From an uncultured Verrucomicrobiae bacterium (GTDB lineage Bacteria; Verrucomicrobiota; Verrucomicrobiia; Chthoniobacterales; Chthoniobacteraceae), in contig CAWHEP010000015.1 in NCBI GenBank assembly GCA_963828525.1, forward strand, positions 1 through 45,832: a stretch of DNA of 45,832 nt, given 5' to 3'. Position 1 is the stretch's first letter. Every line of letters starts with the position of its first letter. Positions 29,672-40,578 of this stretch are shown here, piece by piece. The notes under the pieces were generated by a model. It did no database searches. It was given only the letters and a program-made list of their open reading frames with translations, and was not told the DNA's origin. A program made the translations under genes and the position numbers.

Positions 29672-30682
29672 ATGACGCAATCCACCGACATCGCCCACAC
29701 ACTTTCCCGCCGCTCTCTTCTGCGCGGCATGGCTGGAGCCGCCGCAGGGCTGGCTGTTTCGCCGTGGCTGACGCGGCAAACGTCCGCGGCGGAGGCAGGC
29801 CCGGACTCTTCGCCGGCGGCAGCGGTGCCGAGCAACCCCTTTTTTGAAGCGGCGAAGATCGAGACCACTCCCCTTGCGGATGGCTTGTGGCTGTTGACTG
29901 GCCCCGGCGGCAACATCGCTGTCGTGGAGGGGCAGGATGGGGTGCTGCTGGTGGACTGCGGAGTGCCTTCGCGCGCTCCCGCGCTCGTTAAGCGCGTTTC
30001 AGAACTATGCGGAGGGAAGCGCATAACTACAGTCATCAATACCCACTGGCACTTTGACCATTCCGGGGGAAACGCGTTGCTCGGGAGCAGCGGAGCGCGG
30101 ATCATCGCGCACGAACAAACCCGCGTTCGGCTGTCCACCGACCAGCAGAATGAGGCGCTGGGGTTCCTCTTCCGCGCTTCGCCACCGGCCGCGCTGCCGG
30201 TCATCACCTTCGATGACCATTCCACAGTGTATTTTGGCAATCACACGCTGAAAATGACGCATCTGCCACCTGCTCACACGGACACGGATGTCGCGATCTA
30301 TTTTCCGGAAGCGAACGTTCTTCATACCGGCGACCTGATGTTTAACGGGATGTATCCATTCATCGACTGGGGCAGCAAGGGCTCCATCGAAGGGATGGTG
30401 GCAGCGGCGAACGCGATGCTCGCGTTCCCGGGAGTGGATGACAAGACGCGCTTTATCCCTGGGCATGGGCCGATGGGTAACGCGACGCAACTGAAGGAGT
30501 TCCGCGATATGCTCACGGAAGTCAAAGCCCGGATCGCTCCCATGATAAAGGCTGGCAAGACCGCCGATGAGATCGTGGCAGCCGCGCCAACAAAAGATCT
30601 GGACGCGAAGTGGGGCAACTGGTTGATCAAACCGGACGTCTTCGTGAAGCTGGCCGTGGGTTGCCTGACTCACAATTCGTAG
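29672..30682 (+). CDS. Tat-exported MBL-fold metallo-hydrolase (cyclase-like)
   Basis: Twin-arginine SRRSLL; THWHFDHSGGN, AHTDTD, HTGD, IPGHG. Confidence 0.88.
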   Translation: MTQSTDIAHTLSRRSLLRGMAGAAAGLAVSPWLTRQTSAAEAGPDSSPAAAVPSNPFFEAAKIETTPLADGLWLLTGPGGNIAVVEGQDGVLLVDCGVPSRAPALVKRVSELCGGKRITTVINTHWHFDHSGGNALLGSSGARIIAHEQTRVRLSTDQQNEALGFLFRASPPAALPVITFDDHSTVYFGNHTLKMTHLPPAHTDTDVAIYFPEANVLHTGDLMFNGMYPFIDWGSKGSIEGMVAAANAMLAFPGVDDKTRFIPGHGPMGNATQLKEFRDMLTEVKARIAPMIKAGKTADEIVAAAPTKDLDAKWGNWLIKPDVFVKLAVGCLTHNS

Positions 30683-30717
30683 GCCAGCTCGCGGAGAAAA
30701 AATATCGGTTTGCCGTA

Positions 30718-32069
30718 ATGAAAGCGACCGCTTCCCTCTGGCTGGCGGCGCTTCTGATATGCGTCCGCGCGCAAGCAGGTGACGTGATTACATTGGAGCA
30801 GGCTTATGATCGGACGCTCGCGACGAGCCAATCCATCCAGCGCGCGTATTGGGAGATTCGCAAAGCCCAGCTTGAGCCCTGGAGCGCGCTCACCCGGCTT
30901 GGACCGACGTTAAGCGGGAACATCAGCGTCACCACCAGTCACGAAAGCAGCACGGTCTTCAATCAACCAACAGGATTTGGCTCTGCGAGCACGATCAATA
31001 CCGGAAGCGCGTTTACGTCAGCGAGCGCGGGCAGCGGCGGGACAGCGGGACTGACCTTCCAGGAGACGCTCCTGGACCTCACTGTCATCCCCGCTTACCG
31101 GCTGGGAAAGCTGACAGCCGAGGCGGCAAAACTTACGTACAGATCCACCATCCGACAGGGTACTGTTTGGTCTTGCGCAGGCATACTATGAGGGTACTAA
31201 AGCAACAGCGGATCGTCGCGGTGAGCACCGCCACGTTGAACCTGGCGCAGCAGCAACTTGACCTGGCAAAAAATCGCGCGGATGTCGGCGAAGTGAAACG
31301 GAGCGACGTCCTGAGCGCGCAGGTGACGGTCGAGAGTGACAGGCAGACAACCATCGAGGCGGAGAACACGCTGGCATCCAAGAAGAACAGCCTGGCAAAC
31401 ATTCTGAACATCCCAACGGAATCGCCGTTGAGGCTGATGGAACCGGTGGAGTACCCGGCCCTTCTTACACCCTATGAACTCCTCTTCGCCCGAGCGAGAA
31501 ACGGCCGCGAAGACTTGCGCGTAAAGGCAATCGCCATCGACCAGGACATCCAGAGGCGGCGAGGGTTCTGGGCGGAATATGCCCCGCGGCTGGTCGCGCA
31601 AGTCGACGCTGACCGCGCCGACGCGTGGTCGCCTTCGCGTTCCCGGAACGACACGTGGGACGCGACTCTCTCGGTGCAGACCCCGTTTCTCACCGGGGGT
31701 CAGCGTGAGATCGATCTGGCGCAGGCGGGCGACCAGATTCGGCAGACGCGCCTGGATTACGAGAGCTTTGCGCAGACCGTGCAGCAGGATGTGAAGGATG
31801 CCTGGTTGCAGGTGAGCACGCTCACGCAGACGCTGAAGGCGGTCCGCGCGAGGGTCTCCGCGGCACAGCAGGCGTACGAGGACCTGGGCAGCGAGTATGA
31901 GGCTGGCAGCGCGACCAGCGTCGATGTCCTCACCGCTTTGAACGATCTTAATATCGCGCGGCGGGACTTCGCCACGCAGACGTATGATTACCAGGTGGCT
32001 CTGCGAAAAGTCGAGGAAGTGACGGGCACATTCCAGGAAACCCGTGTCCGAAGGTTGAGGTTCAAGTGA
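30718..32069 (+). CDS. TolC-family outer membrane efflux protein; frameshift near 31160
   Basis: Signal peptide and ITLEQAY in ORF 30610..31191; the 31167..32069 frame has the OEP repeats 'GEVKRSDVLSAQ' and 'YEAGSATSVDVLTA'. Confidence 0.85.
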
Positions 32070-33193
32070 GGCGCGCCCGGGCGATTCTTTGCTCCCTGGC
32101 AATCTTGCTCACCGCCTCCGGATGCGGGAAGAAGACGGGGTCCGGCGTCACGTTTGAAACCACCAGCGTGAGGCGCGGCGACATCTCCCAAAACGTGACC
32201 GCGACCGGGCAGCTCAGCGCAGTGGTGAGCGTGGATGTGGGAAGCCAAATCTCCGGGAAGATTCTCGCGCTGCACGCCGACTTTAATTCACCGGTGAAAA
32301 AGGGCGAGCTCGTGGCGGAGATTGATCCCTCCATCTACCAGGCGCTCGTAGATCAGGAGAAGGGCGAAGTCGCGAGCGCGAAAGCCGCGCTGGAGCTGGC
32401 GCGCCTCACATCGGATCGCAAGCGTGAACTCGTCGCGCGGAAAGCTGGAACGCAAGCCGACCTGGACAAGGCCCAGGCGGAGTATCAGCAGGCGGCGGCG
32501 ACACTTGCGATCCAGCAAGCCCTCCTCGACAGGGCAAACGCGGACCTCGAGCATTGCAGGATCGACGCGCCCGTGGATGGAATCGTCATCGCGCGCAAGG
32601 TGGATGTCGGCCAGACAGTCGCCGCCGCAATGACGACGCCCGTGCTTTTCACCATCGCCCAGGACATCACCAAGATGCACATCATCGCGAACGTGTCGGA
32701 AGCGGACATCGGGCAGACGCTGCCCGGCCAGCCAGTGGATTTCAGCGTCGAGGCCTTTCCTGATGAAGTATTCCACGGCGTGGTGGCGCAGGTTCGCAAA
32801 GCGCCCACGACCACGGAGAACGTGGTGACCTATGATACCGTGATCGGTGTTGATAACCCCGAGCAGCGACTCTTTCCAGGCATGACTGCGGAGGTCTCGA
32901 TCCGCGTTGCCGACCGGCATGGGGTTGCTCACGTACCCAACGCTGCGATCCGTTTTGCGCCGCCGGAAGACGCGGCGTTCGAGGGAGGCCCGCCCCCAGG
33001 CGATCACGCGAGGCCAGCGCCTGGTCTATCTCCCGCGGCAAGGAGGCTCGGAAGCTCATAGCCCGCGCGGTGAAAGTGGGGATCACAAACGGCGTTGATT
33101 CGGAAGTGACGGAAGGCCTGAAAGTGGGGACAGCGTCGTAACAGCGGCGAACCAGGCGTCCAAATCCGGGCCATTCTCGCGGACCCCGAATGA
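32066..33193 (+). CDS. MacA/HlyD-like periplasmic adaptor; several frameshifts after ~33000
   Basis: 'VTATGQLSAVVSVDVGSQISG...DFNSPVKKGE', 'IDAPVDGIVI...VDVGQTVAA', 'PGMTAEV', 'VPNAAIRF'. The tail 'VKVGITNG..EVTEGLKVG' is in another frame. Confidence 0.85.
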
Positions 33194-33975
33194 ACGGCCC
33201 GGAAGGAAGCCAGCCAGCCATACGACTGGATCGCGTAAGCAAGACATACCACGCAGGCGAGGTGGAGGTGCACGCGGTGCGGGAAGTATCGCTGGAGATC
33301 CAGCGGGGAGAATTCGTCGCGTTCATGGGCGCGAGCGGCTCCGGAAAATCGACGCTGATGAACACGCTTGGCTGCCTGGACCGGCCAACGAGCGGCCATT
33401 ACGTCCTGGACGGGGTGGCGATTGGCGGGCTGGGACGCAAGCAACTCGCCACGCTGCGCAACCGCAAGCTGGGGTTCGTGTTTCAGAGCTTCAATCTACT
33501 GCCCAGAACCACCGCGCTGGAGAACGTGGAGTTGCCGATGTTCTACAGCCACCCGCTTGTCCCGCTGGGAAAGCAGCGGGCGCGCGCGCTCAAGGCGCTT
33601 GCCACCGTTGGTCTTGCGGAGAGGGCGCGGCATCATCCAAGCCAGCTTTCCGGGGGCCAGCAGCAGCGCATCGCCATCGCGCGCGCGCTGGTAAATGAGC
33701 CTGAGATATTGCTGGCGGATGAACCGACCGGGAACCTGGACAGCCGCACGAGCATCGAAATCATGGGCATCTTCCAAAAATTGAACGACGAAGGAATTAC
33801 CATCCTGATGGTGACTCACGAACTGGACATCGCCTCGTACTGCAAACGCGTCATCGTGATGCGGGATGGCGAGATACTGAGCGACGCGCTGAACGCAAGC
33901 CGGCGAGTGGCCGCGGAGGAGCGCGCCATGCTGGATCGCGCCGAGCACTCGGCAAAGTTGCTGGAGGTAAGATGA
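33190..33975 (+). CDS. ABC transporter ATP-binding protein (MacB/LolD-like)
   Basis: [31 protein letters not shown]. Confidence 0.95.
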   Translation: MNGPEGSQPAIRLDRVSKTYHAGEVEVHAVREVSLEIQRGEFVAFMGASGSGKSTLMNTLGCLDRPTSGHYVLDGVAIGGLGRKQLATLRNRKLGFVFQSFNLLPRTTALENVELPMFYSHPLVPLGKQRARALKALATVGLAERARHHPSQLSGGQQQRIAIARALVNEPEILLADEPTGNLDSRTSIEIMGIFQKLNDEGITILMVTHELDIASYCKRVIVMRDGEILSDALNASRRVAAEERAMLDRAEHSAKLLEVR

Positions 33976-35214
33976 TCCTGCTGGAGGCTCTGGTGCTGCG
34001 CCCGTTGCTCACGGGTTTGATCGCGTTGCGGGCGCTTCGCCGCAACAAGCTGCGATCCATCCTTACAGCCCTCGGCATCATCATCGGTGTAGGCTCGGTG
34101 GTGGCGATGGTCGCGGTGGGGAACGGCGCGCAGGCTCGGATCGAATCCCAAGTCGCGGCGTTGGGACAGAATTTGCTGATGGTATTTGCCGGCAGCAGGC
34201 ACTCCGGCGGGGTAAACTCCGCGCTGGGAAGCGCCGGCACTCTGTCCCTGGAGGACGCTGCCGCCATCGGGCGTGAAATCCCCGACGTGGTGGCCGTGAG
34301 CCCCGAGGCGACCACCACCTCGCAGGCGGTGGCCAACGGCCGCAACTGGTCCACCACGATCGCGGGCGAATCTCCCTCTTACCTGAAGATACGCGGCTGG
34401 AGACCTTGCCTCTGGCAGCATGTTTTCCGAACGGGACATACGAACCGCCGCAAAGGTTGCGGTCATCGGGGCGAAGACGGCGAACGAACTTTTTGGCCCC
34501 AGCGATCCCATCGGCCAGACGGTGCGGGTGAAGAAGATTCCCTTCATCATCATCGGTGTCTTGACCAGCAAAGGCGCCGGAATGGGCGGGAACGACCAGG
34601 ACGACCGGCTGGTGGTGCCCTACAGCACGGCAATGAAGAGGCTGACCGGCGACAAGCATCTGCGCTCCATCAGCATAGAAGTCGCGGGAGCCGCCCAGAT
34701 GACGCGGGCCGAAGAACAGATAGGCAATTTGCTGCGCCAGCGGCATCGCCTGCCAGCGGATCACAGCGCGGACTTCAACATACTTAACCAAAAAGAGATA
34801 GCGGACACCGTGGGTTCGATTTCGCAGGTCATCACCTTGATGCTGGGCGCCATCGCGAGCATGTCGCTCGTGGTTGGCGGGATTGGCATCATGAACATCA
34901 TGCTCGTAAGCGTCACGGAGCGGACTCGCGAGATCGGAATCCGGGTCGCCGTCGGCGCCCAGGGCTATGACATCCTCCTCCAGTTCCTCATCGAAGCCGT
35001 GACCCTCAGCCTCCTCGGTGGTCTCATCGGGGTTCTGGGAGGGGTGGGAGTTTCGCGTCTCACACAGACGTTTGCCGGTTTCCCCGCGATTGTCTCGCCC
35101 GGTTCTGTGGTGCTCGCTTTCAGCGTGAGCGCGGCGATCGGAATCTTCTTCGGATTTTACCCCGCCCGAAAGGCTGCCGCCCTCGACCCGATAGACGCGC
35201 TGCGTTATGAATGA
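33972..35214 (+). CDS. MacB/FtsX-type ABC permease; frameshift near 34405
   Basis: 'NKLRSILTALGIIIGVGSVVAM' and 'VGGIGIMNIMLVSVTERTREIGIR...YPARKAAALDPIDALRYE'. Confidence 0.9.
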
Positions 35215-35298
35215 GGAGACCTCCCCGGCGGAGCGCGCGGCGGAAATGAAAGGCGGCGTCCCCGCAAAATAAAAAGATGGAGGGACTTAACGAAGCCT

Positions 35299-35790
35299 AT
35301 GGCTACCACCAATAGCGCGGAGACGGCGTTCGGTCTTGCGCCGATGACCCAATCCTTTGGGACGATCATCACGTCACCGCGTCCCGGCGATAGTCTCCAG
35401 ACGCTGGACAGCCACGCGGAAGAGTTGCGCGGGATGCTGGCGTCTTCAGGCGCGCTGCTGTTTCGCGGATTCCGATTCGACGTGGCGGAACAGGAAGCGT
35501 TTTGATGCATTTCACGGAGCGCTTCCTCACGCATCCCTCGACTTTCCAGGGGGGCGGGCGGGAATCATCACGCCGGTGACAGCCACCGTCGATGGCGGCG
35601 TGATGCCCTTTCCATGGCATCGCGAATTCGGGTACGGACCGTTTCCTCCCGATATCGTGATGTTCTCCTGCGAGCGCTCCGCGCGTGACTCAGGGGAAAC
35701 CTGGATCACGGATGGCGCGAGGATCGCGGAGGGATTGTCGAAGCCCGCTCGAGAATACCTTGAAAGTAACAGGGTTCGCTACCGCTATAA
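35299..35790 (+). pseudogene. TauD/TfdA-family 2OG-Fe(II) dioxygenase, N-terminal half only
   Basis: 'GALLFRGF', then (shifted near 35490) 'WHREFGY..FPPDIVMFSCERSA..GETWITDG...VRY'. The C-terminal half with the distal His is missing. Confidence 0.7.
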
Positions 35791-35972
35791 TCGCTGGAGA
35801 CATTATCCACCAGATTCTTCTGGAAACGCGGTTCCTTGAGCGTGTCCCGGTCGCTCGCGTCCAGGCCATTGTCGATGATGACATAGTCCACCCCATTTGC
35901 CACGAGGTGAGCCAGGCACTCAGAAAGGTAAGCGCCGCTCTCCCGCGCGCACAGAACTGCGGTGACTCGCAT
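35790..35972 (-). pseudogene. Glycosyltransferase family 2 N-terminal fragment
   Basis: MRVTAVLCARESGAYLSECLAHLVANGVDYVIIDNG resembles the GT2 start (hhhhxxRNE..L..hLxH....GhD.hhhhDNG). It runs head-on into the TauD fragment. Confidence 0.6.
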
Positions 35973-36214
35973 GACAGGTTACGTGTTGTAGTCGGTTTAG
36001 TTCGCAAGCGGGGGAGCGGCGCTCGCTGTGAAAATCAACGGAAACGCGCGAAACGCCACACGCATTTTTGACAGTCGATCTGGAGATCACCAAGTCTGCG
36101 TGGCGAAATTCTCCGGCAGCGGATTCCGGCGTTGCTGTCCGGGGCGTGAGGAGGTAACGGTCGCGCGCTGAACTTTTTTTAGGACTGCGGGCGATTCGGG
36201 TTCATTATTCCGGC

Positions 36215-37678
36215 ATGTCGTTTCCATCGCTCTCCGAATTCGTTGCCCTGCTGGATCGCGCGGGGGAGCTAAAACGCGTTGCGTTTCCAGTGGCAACCGA
36301 GCTGGAGATAACCGAGTTCGCGGATCGGGAGATGAAATCCCCTGGAGGCGGCAAGGCGCTCCTGTTCGAGGCGCCCACCATCGGCGGAAAGGCTTCCTCG
36401 TTCCCGCTGGCCATCAATACGATGGGCTCCAGGAAGCGCATGGCAATGGCGCTGGGCGTGAGTGAAATCGACGAGCTTGCGCGACAGATGCAGCTCATCC
36501 TTAAGGCAAAGCCCCCCACGAGCGTACGAGAGGGCTGGAACCTGCTAAAGCAGGGGATGGATCTTCTCCATGCGCGCCCCAAAAAGGTGAAAGATGGCCC
36601 ATGCAAGGAAGTCATAACCCGGTTCGACAAGGGCGCCGCCGATTTCTCACTGGAGCACCTGCCAATCTTGAAATGCTGGCCTCGCGACGGCGGGCGCTTC
36701 ATCACTCTGCCAAACGTGCATACCCGCGATCCGGACACCGGGGAGCGGAACGTGGGTATGTATCGCATGCAGGTTTACGACGGCCAGACCACGGGCATGC
36801 ATTGGCAGGTGCATAAAGTGGGGGCGCGTCACGGCAAGCGGTATTACGAACGCGGAGAGAAGATGCCGGTGGCTGTCTGTCTGGGGGGCGATCCGGCCTA
36901 CACCTTCGCGGCAACGGCCCCCTTGCCGGATGGCCTTGACGAGATTCTGTTCGCGGGTTTCGTCCGCAAGAAGTCTGTGGAGTTGGTTCAGTGCGAGACC
37001 GTTGACTTGGAAGTGCCCGCCGATGTGGATTTCGTGCTGGAAGGCTATGTGGAACCGGGCGAGTTACGCGGCGAGGGACCGTTTGGCGATCACACCGGTT
37101 TTTATACTCCAGTTGACCCATACCCCGTCTTCCACCTTACGGCCATCACCCGGAGGCGGGCGGCGATCTATCCGGCCACCGTCGTGGGAATCCCGCCGAT
37201 GGAGGATTTCTACATGGGCGACGCGAGCGTCCGGATTTTCCTGCCGGTGTTTCGAATGAATTTTCCCGAGATCGCGGACATGGCGCTGCCGGCCGAGGGG
37301 GTGTTCCATAATCTCGTGTTCGTAAGCATCCGGAAGCAGTATCCCTATCAGGCCTACAAAATCATGCATGGACTCTGGGGCATGGGGCAGATGATGTTCA
37401 GCAAATACATCGTGGTCGTGGATGAGGACTGCGACGTGCATAACACAAGCGAAGTGCTGTTCAGGCTCTGCGCGAACACCGATCCAAAGAGGGATACGAC
37501 CTTTGTCAAAAGCCCCTGCGACTCACTGGATCATGCCCCCAGCATTCCAAATATCGGCTCCCATATGGGCATTGACGCGACCAAAAAGCTCGCCGGCGAG
37601 GGATACGGGCGGGAATGGCCTGAGATGCTGAAGATGGATCCCGAGGTAAAGGCCAGGGTGGACGCGTTGCGCGGGTAA
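36215..37678 (+). CDS. ubiD: UbiD-family (prFMN-dependent) decarboxylase, probably menaquinone biosynthesis type
   Basis: LEITEFADR, GGKALLFE, WPRDGGRFIT, RNVGMYRMQ, EGPFGDHTGFY, GIDATKK. Confidence 0.9.
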   Translation: MSFPSLSEFVALLDRAGELKRVAFPVATELEITEFADREMKSPGGGKALLFEAPTIGGKASSFPLAINTMGSRKRMAMALGVSEIDELARQMQLILKAKPPTSVREGWNLLKQGMDLLHARPKKVKDGPCKEVITRFDKGAADFSLEHLPILKCWPRDGGRFITLPNVHTRDPDTGERNVGMYRMQVYDGQTTGMHWQVHKVGARHGKRYYERGEKMPVAVCLGGDPAYTFAATAPLPDGLDEILFAGFVRKKSVELVQCETVDLEVPADVDFVLEGYVEPGELRGEGPFGDHTGFYTPVDPYPVFHLTAITRRRAAIYPATVVGIPPMEDFYMGDASVRIFLPVFRMNFPEIADMALPAEGVFHNLVFVSIRKQYPYQAYKIMHGLWGMGQMMFSKYIVVVDEDCDVHNTSEVLFRLCANTDPKRDTTFVKSPCDSLDHAPSIPNIGSHMGIDATKKLAGEGYGREWPEMLKMDPEVKARVDALRG

Positions 37679-37775
37679 AACGTATTGCCGGCGCAAGCGC
37701 ATAGACGCAAAACCGATCCCGGCTTGGAAGCCTGACTGCGCCAGCGAACGCGCAAGTTCTGCGTTAGGCTGCGTT

Positions 37776-38588
37776 TTAAAGTGACTGCGGGCCAGTCACC
37801 ATCGCTGACGCGATCTCGGAGGAAGACGGCCAATGACCGCGCCTGCGCCCGCCGTGCTCCACATAAGGCGCGAGGTTATTTGGATCCGGCTGCACAGGCA
37901 GATTGTTTTTAAGAAAAAACAATCCTTCCTTACCATGCGGCATGGCGCGAACAAATGCTTCAGCTTCTTCCAGAATTTTGCGTAATTGTTGCGAGATAAG
38001 CGCGGCGTCAACCGGCTCGGTTAAAGCCAAATCGGCGTAATCATCTTGCCGATAGCGGACATTGCGCCGGATTTCCGCAATCAGGCTTTCGGGTGAATAG
38101 CCCGGGTCTTTGGCGACCGCCGCCCATATCACCGCTCCGAGCGGCAAGTGCTTTTGATGTATATAGAGCAGGTCGAGCACATCGCGCGGCTCACGCCGGC
38201 CGGCTGCCGCCAGCGCCTTATTGGTAGCAAGGTCGCCAACATGCAACCGGTAACCGAACAACTCGTCCTCGATCGTCGGGAAAAACCGGAAATCGCTATC
38301 GCGCACCCATTCCAACTTCATGTTTTCATCGCCGCGACGCGCGATTGCGGCGTGGATGCCGGGCTCCCGCCGCAGCCAATCGAACGTAAACCCATTCTTG
38401 GCCAGCAAAGCCGTGTCCGCCGCCGCCGCCTGCGCGACACGTTCTTCGCGGTCGTGGAAAATATCTATGTCGCCGGAAAAGCGGGGGCCGTTCTGATTGA
38501 GCGCCGTCGCTCCTGCGACATAGCTTTCCGGATTTCGGTGCCCGGCCAAAAGACGCAGGATATCCGTTTGCAGCTTAGAGAGCGGCAC
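37776..38588 (-). CDS. Nucleotidyltransferase-like protein (AbiEii/type IV TA toxin-like)
   Basis: 'YVAGATAL...RFSGDIDIF' (GxTA...RxSxDxD signature) and 'NKALAAAGRREPRDVLDL'. The GTG start at 38588 overlaps the upstream small gene. Confidence 0.7.
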   Translation of the reverse strand: MPLSKLQTDILRLLAGHRNPESYVAGATALNQNGPRFSGDIDIFHDREERVAQAAAADTALLAKNGFTFDWLRREPGIHAAIARRGDENMKLEWVRDSDFRFFPTIEDELFGYRLHVGDLATNKALAAAGRREPRDVLDLLYIHQKHLPLGAVIWAAVAKDPGYSPESLIAEIRRNVRYRQDDYADLALTEPVDAALISQQLRKILEEAEAFVRAMPHGKEGLFFLKNNLPVQPDPNNLAPYVEHGGRRRGHWPSSSEIASAMVTGPQSL

Positions 38589-38838
38589 GACACGCCTCCT
38601 CAATCCGAGCCGCTAGAGGAAGCATTTTCATGCTTCCTTCTCGCCGCAGAGTTTCAGCGATAATGAGAGCCTGAGTAATCGTCGGATGTTCGCTCGGCTT
38701 GCGGCTCCAAAGCGCTTGAGTGCCAAACTCCCTGAATGATTGCTGATAAAGCGACACGATCTTAACCGGCGCCTCAACACCTGCGCCAAGCTCTTTCAGT
38801 TCATCCAAGCTGCGTTTATCTCGCTGTAGATCTGGCAT
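38575..38838 (-). CDS. Small hypothetical protein, putative antitoxin partner
   Basis: 87 aa from ATG 38838 with an AGAGG RBS; 'LYQQSFREFGTQALWS...LAARIEEACRAAL'; 3' end overlaps the NTase gene. Confidence 0.6.
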   Translation of the reverse strand: MPDLQRDKRSLDELKELGAGVEAPVKIVSLYQQSFREFGTQALWSRKPSEHPTITQALIIAETLRREGSMKMLPLAARIEEACRAAL

Positions 38839-39183
38839 GCCGCCTCTTATTCGTCGGACGATTATCGATTTGGAGAGTATCACAATTCCATGCTTTGAAC
38901 AGGTAGAGGCTTGGATCTCGTCAACTGATAGGGTCTAGATAGTGTGCATTTCAGTATTGGAATCCAGAACCGCAAAGGCGCCAAGAGCGCGTTACAAGCA
39001 GAGCCATGAAGATGCTGACCAGGGCCGCGCTGATCGCGACGATTGGCGCAACGCCGCTCTTGCTATCGGCGGAGGCAGGCAACGCGGCAACACGCCGCGC
39101 CAGATGATCTGCTCCCTGGCGTCTGTCAACGGCAGGCGTCGGCGCGGCCCACTTGTGACATGATTGCATGTTTAGAGGGACAT

Positions 39184-39203
39184 ACGCCTCGGCGAGGCCT
39201 CCC
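39184..39203. repeat. Isolated degenerate family-B palindrome
   Basis: acgcctcggcgaggcctccc upstream of hpnH. Confidence 0.55.
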
Positions 39204-39270
39204 GCCCGCGCGCCTTTGGCACTTGACAGAACGGCTTCCCTCGCGAAGATGTCGCCGCAAAGCAACGCAT

Positions 39271-40578
39271 ATGAGATTCCCACTTCCGCTTACCACCAGA
39301 ATTGCCGGTTACATCATTGGGCACAAGGCGCGCAAGACCGAAAAGTTCGCCACCGTGCTGCAGTTGGAGCCGTTGCATACCTGCAACCTTACCTGCACCG
39401 GATGCGGTCGCATTCGCGAGTATTCCACGTCCATGAAGGACGTGATGAGCCTTGAGGATTGCCTCGGGGCCGCGGTGGAATGCAACGCCCCGATGATCTC
39501 CATATGCGGCGGGGAGCCACTCATTTATCCTCAGATCGAGGCCCTTGTGAAGGGGCTTTTGGAGCAAAAGCGGATCGTGTATCTCTGCACCAACGCCATG
39601 TTCATGCGCCGCAAGATGCGCGAATACATGGCCGCGCAGTTCCTCAAAGATCCGTCGGGCATGGAGGCGAAGATGCAGCAATTGCTGGTCGCGGAGTTGA
39701 TCTCGGAGAAGGACGCGACGGAGATTCGGAAAGGGCCGAAGGATGCCGCGAAGCCTGTCATCGTGCCGAGTTCATGGATGTACTGGAATGTGCATCTGGA
39801 CGGGCTGGAGCGCACCCATGACATTATTGTAGAACGCGAAGGTGTGTTCAAGGAATGCATCCTTGCCATCCGCATGGCCAAGCTGCTGGGCTATCAGGTT
39901 GCCACGAACACCACGGTCTATCGAGAGACGGACATGGGCGAACTGAAGCAGATGTTCGACTATCTCACGACGTTGAACGTGGATGGGCACACCATCTCGC
40001 CCGGATACGAATACGACGCGGCGAAGAAGGACATGATAAAGCGCCTGAACATGGCCCCCGAGAATTTCTTCCTCACCCGGAAGATGACCGTGGAGAAGTT
40101 TAAGGAAATCGAAGTTTGGGCAAAGAACTACACCCTGTTCGGCACGCCGATCTACTTTGAATTCCTTGCCGGGAAGCGCGAGTTGAGTTGCTCCGCATGG
40201 GCGATCCCGACCCGCAATATCCGGGGCTGGAAAGCGCCTTGCTACGTGATGACAGATGGTCATTACGACTCCTACGCCGAGCTCCTGGAGAAGGTGCAGT
40301 GGGATAACTACGGCGTCGTGGATGGCGTCGCGCGGGATGCGCGTTGCGAGAATTGCATGATGCATTGCGGCTACGAGCCCAGCGCCATGCTCGGGCAGAA
40401 TGCGCGAGCGGGAGACACGTGGAAGAATATCCGGTTCAATTTCGCCCCAAGGCCCAAGAATCCCGTGGTGGAGGCAAACATTGAGGAGATCGCTTACAAC
40501 GGCGTGACTTCCGGCAATGGACACCTCACCGGCAAGAAAGAAGTGTCGTCGGAAATCGCGGACAGCGTTGCCGCGTAA
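39271..40578 (+). CDS. hpnH: Adenosyl-hopene transferase HpnH (hopanoid radical SAM, DUF3463 tail)
   Basis: LQLEPLHTCNLTCTGCGRI (CX3CX2C), GGEPL, VYLCTNA, VHLDG, ISPGY, CSAWAIPTRN..GWKAPCY, RCENCMMHCGYEP. Confidence 0.88.
   Translation: MRFPLPLTTRIAGYIIGHKARKTEKFATVLQLEPLHTCNLTCTGCGRIREYSTSMKDVMSLEDCLGAAVECNAPMISICGGEPLIYPQIEALVKGLLEQKRIVYLCTNAMFMRRKMREYMAAQFLKDPSGMEAKMQQLLVAELISEKDATEIRKGPKDAAKPVIVPSSWMYWNVHLDGLERTHDIIVEREGVFKECILAIRMAKLLGYQVATNTTVYRETDMGELKQMFDYLTTLNVDGHTISPGYEYDAAKKDMIKRLNMAPENFFLTRKMTVEKFKEIEVWAKNYTLFGTPIYFEFLAGKRELSCSAWAIPTRNIRGWKAPCYVMTDGHYDSYAELLEKVQWDNYGVVDGVARDARCENCMMHCGYEPSAMLGQNARAGDTWKNIRFNFAPRPKNPVVEANIEEIAYNGVTSGNGHLTGKKEVSSEIADSVAA

Noticed and set aside
29672..30682. 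Metallo-beta-lactamase resistance gene beside an efflux pump
   Set aside because: HxHxDH motif and overall pattern fit general cyclase-like MBL hydrolases; antibiotic activity cannot be supported.
38942..39283. Short ORFs between the TA-like pair and hpnH, and the 76-aa N-terminal extension of ORF 39043
   Set aside because: No recognisable motifs; hpnH similarity begins at ATG 39271.
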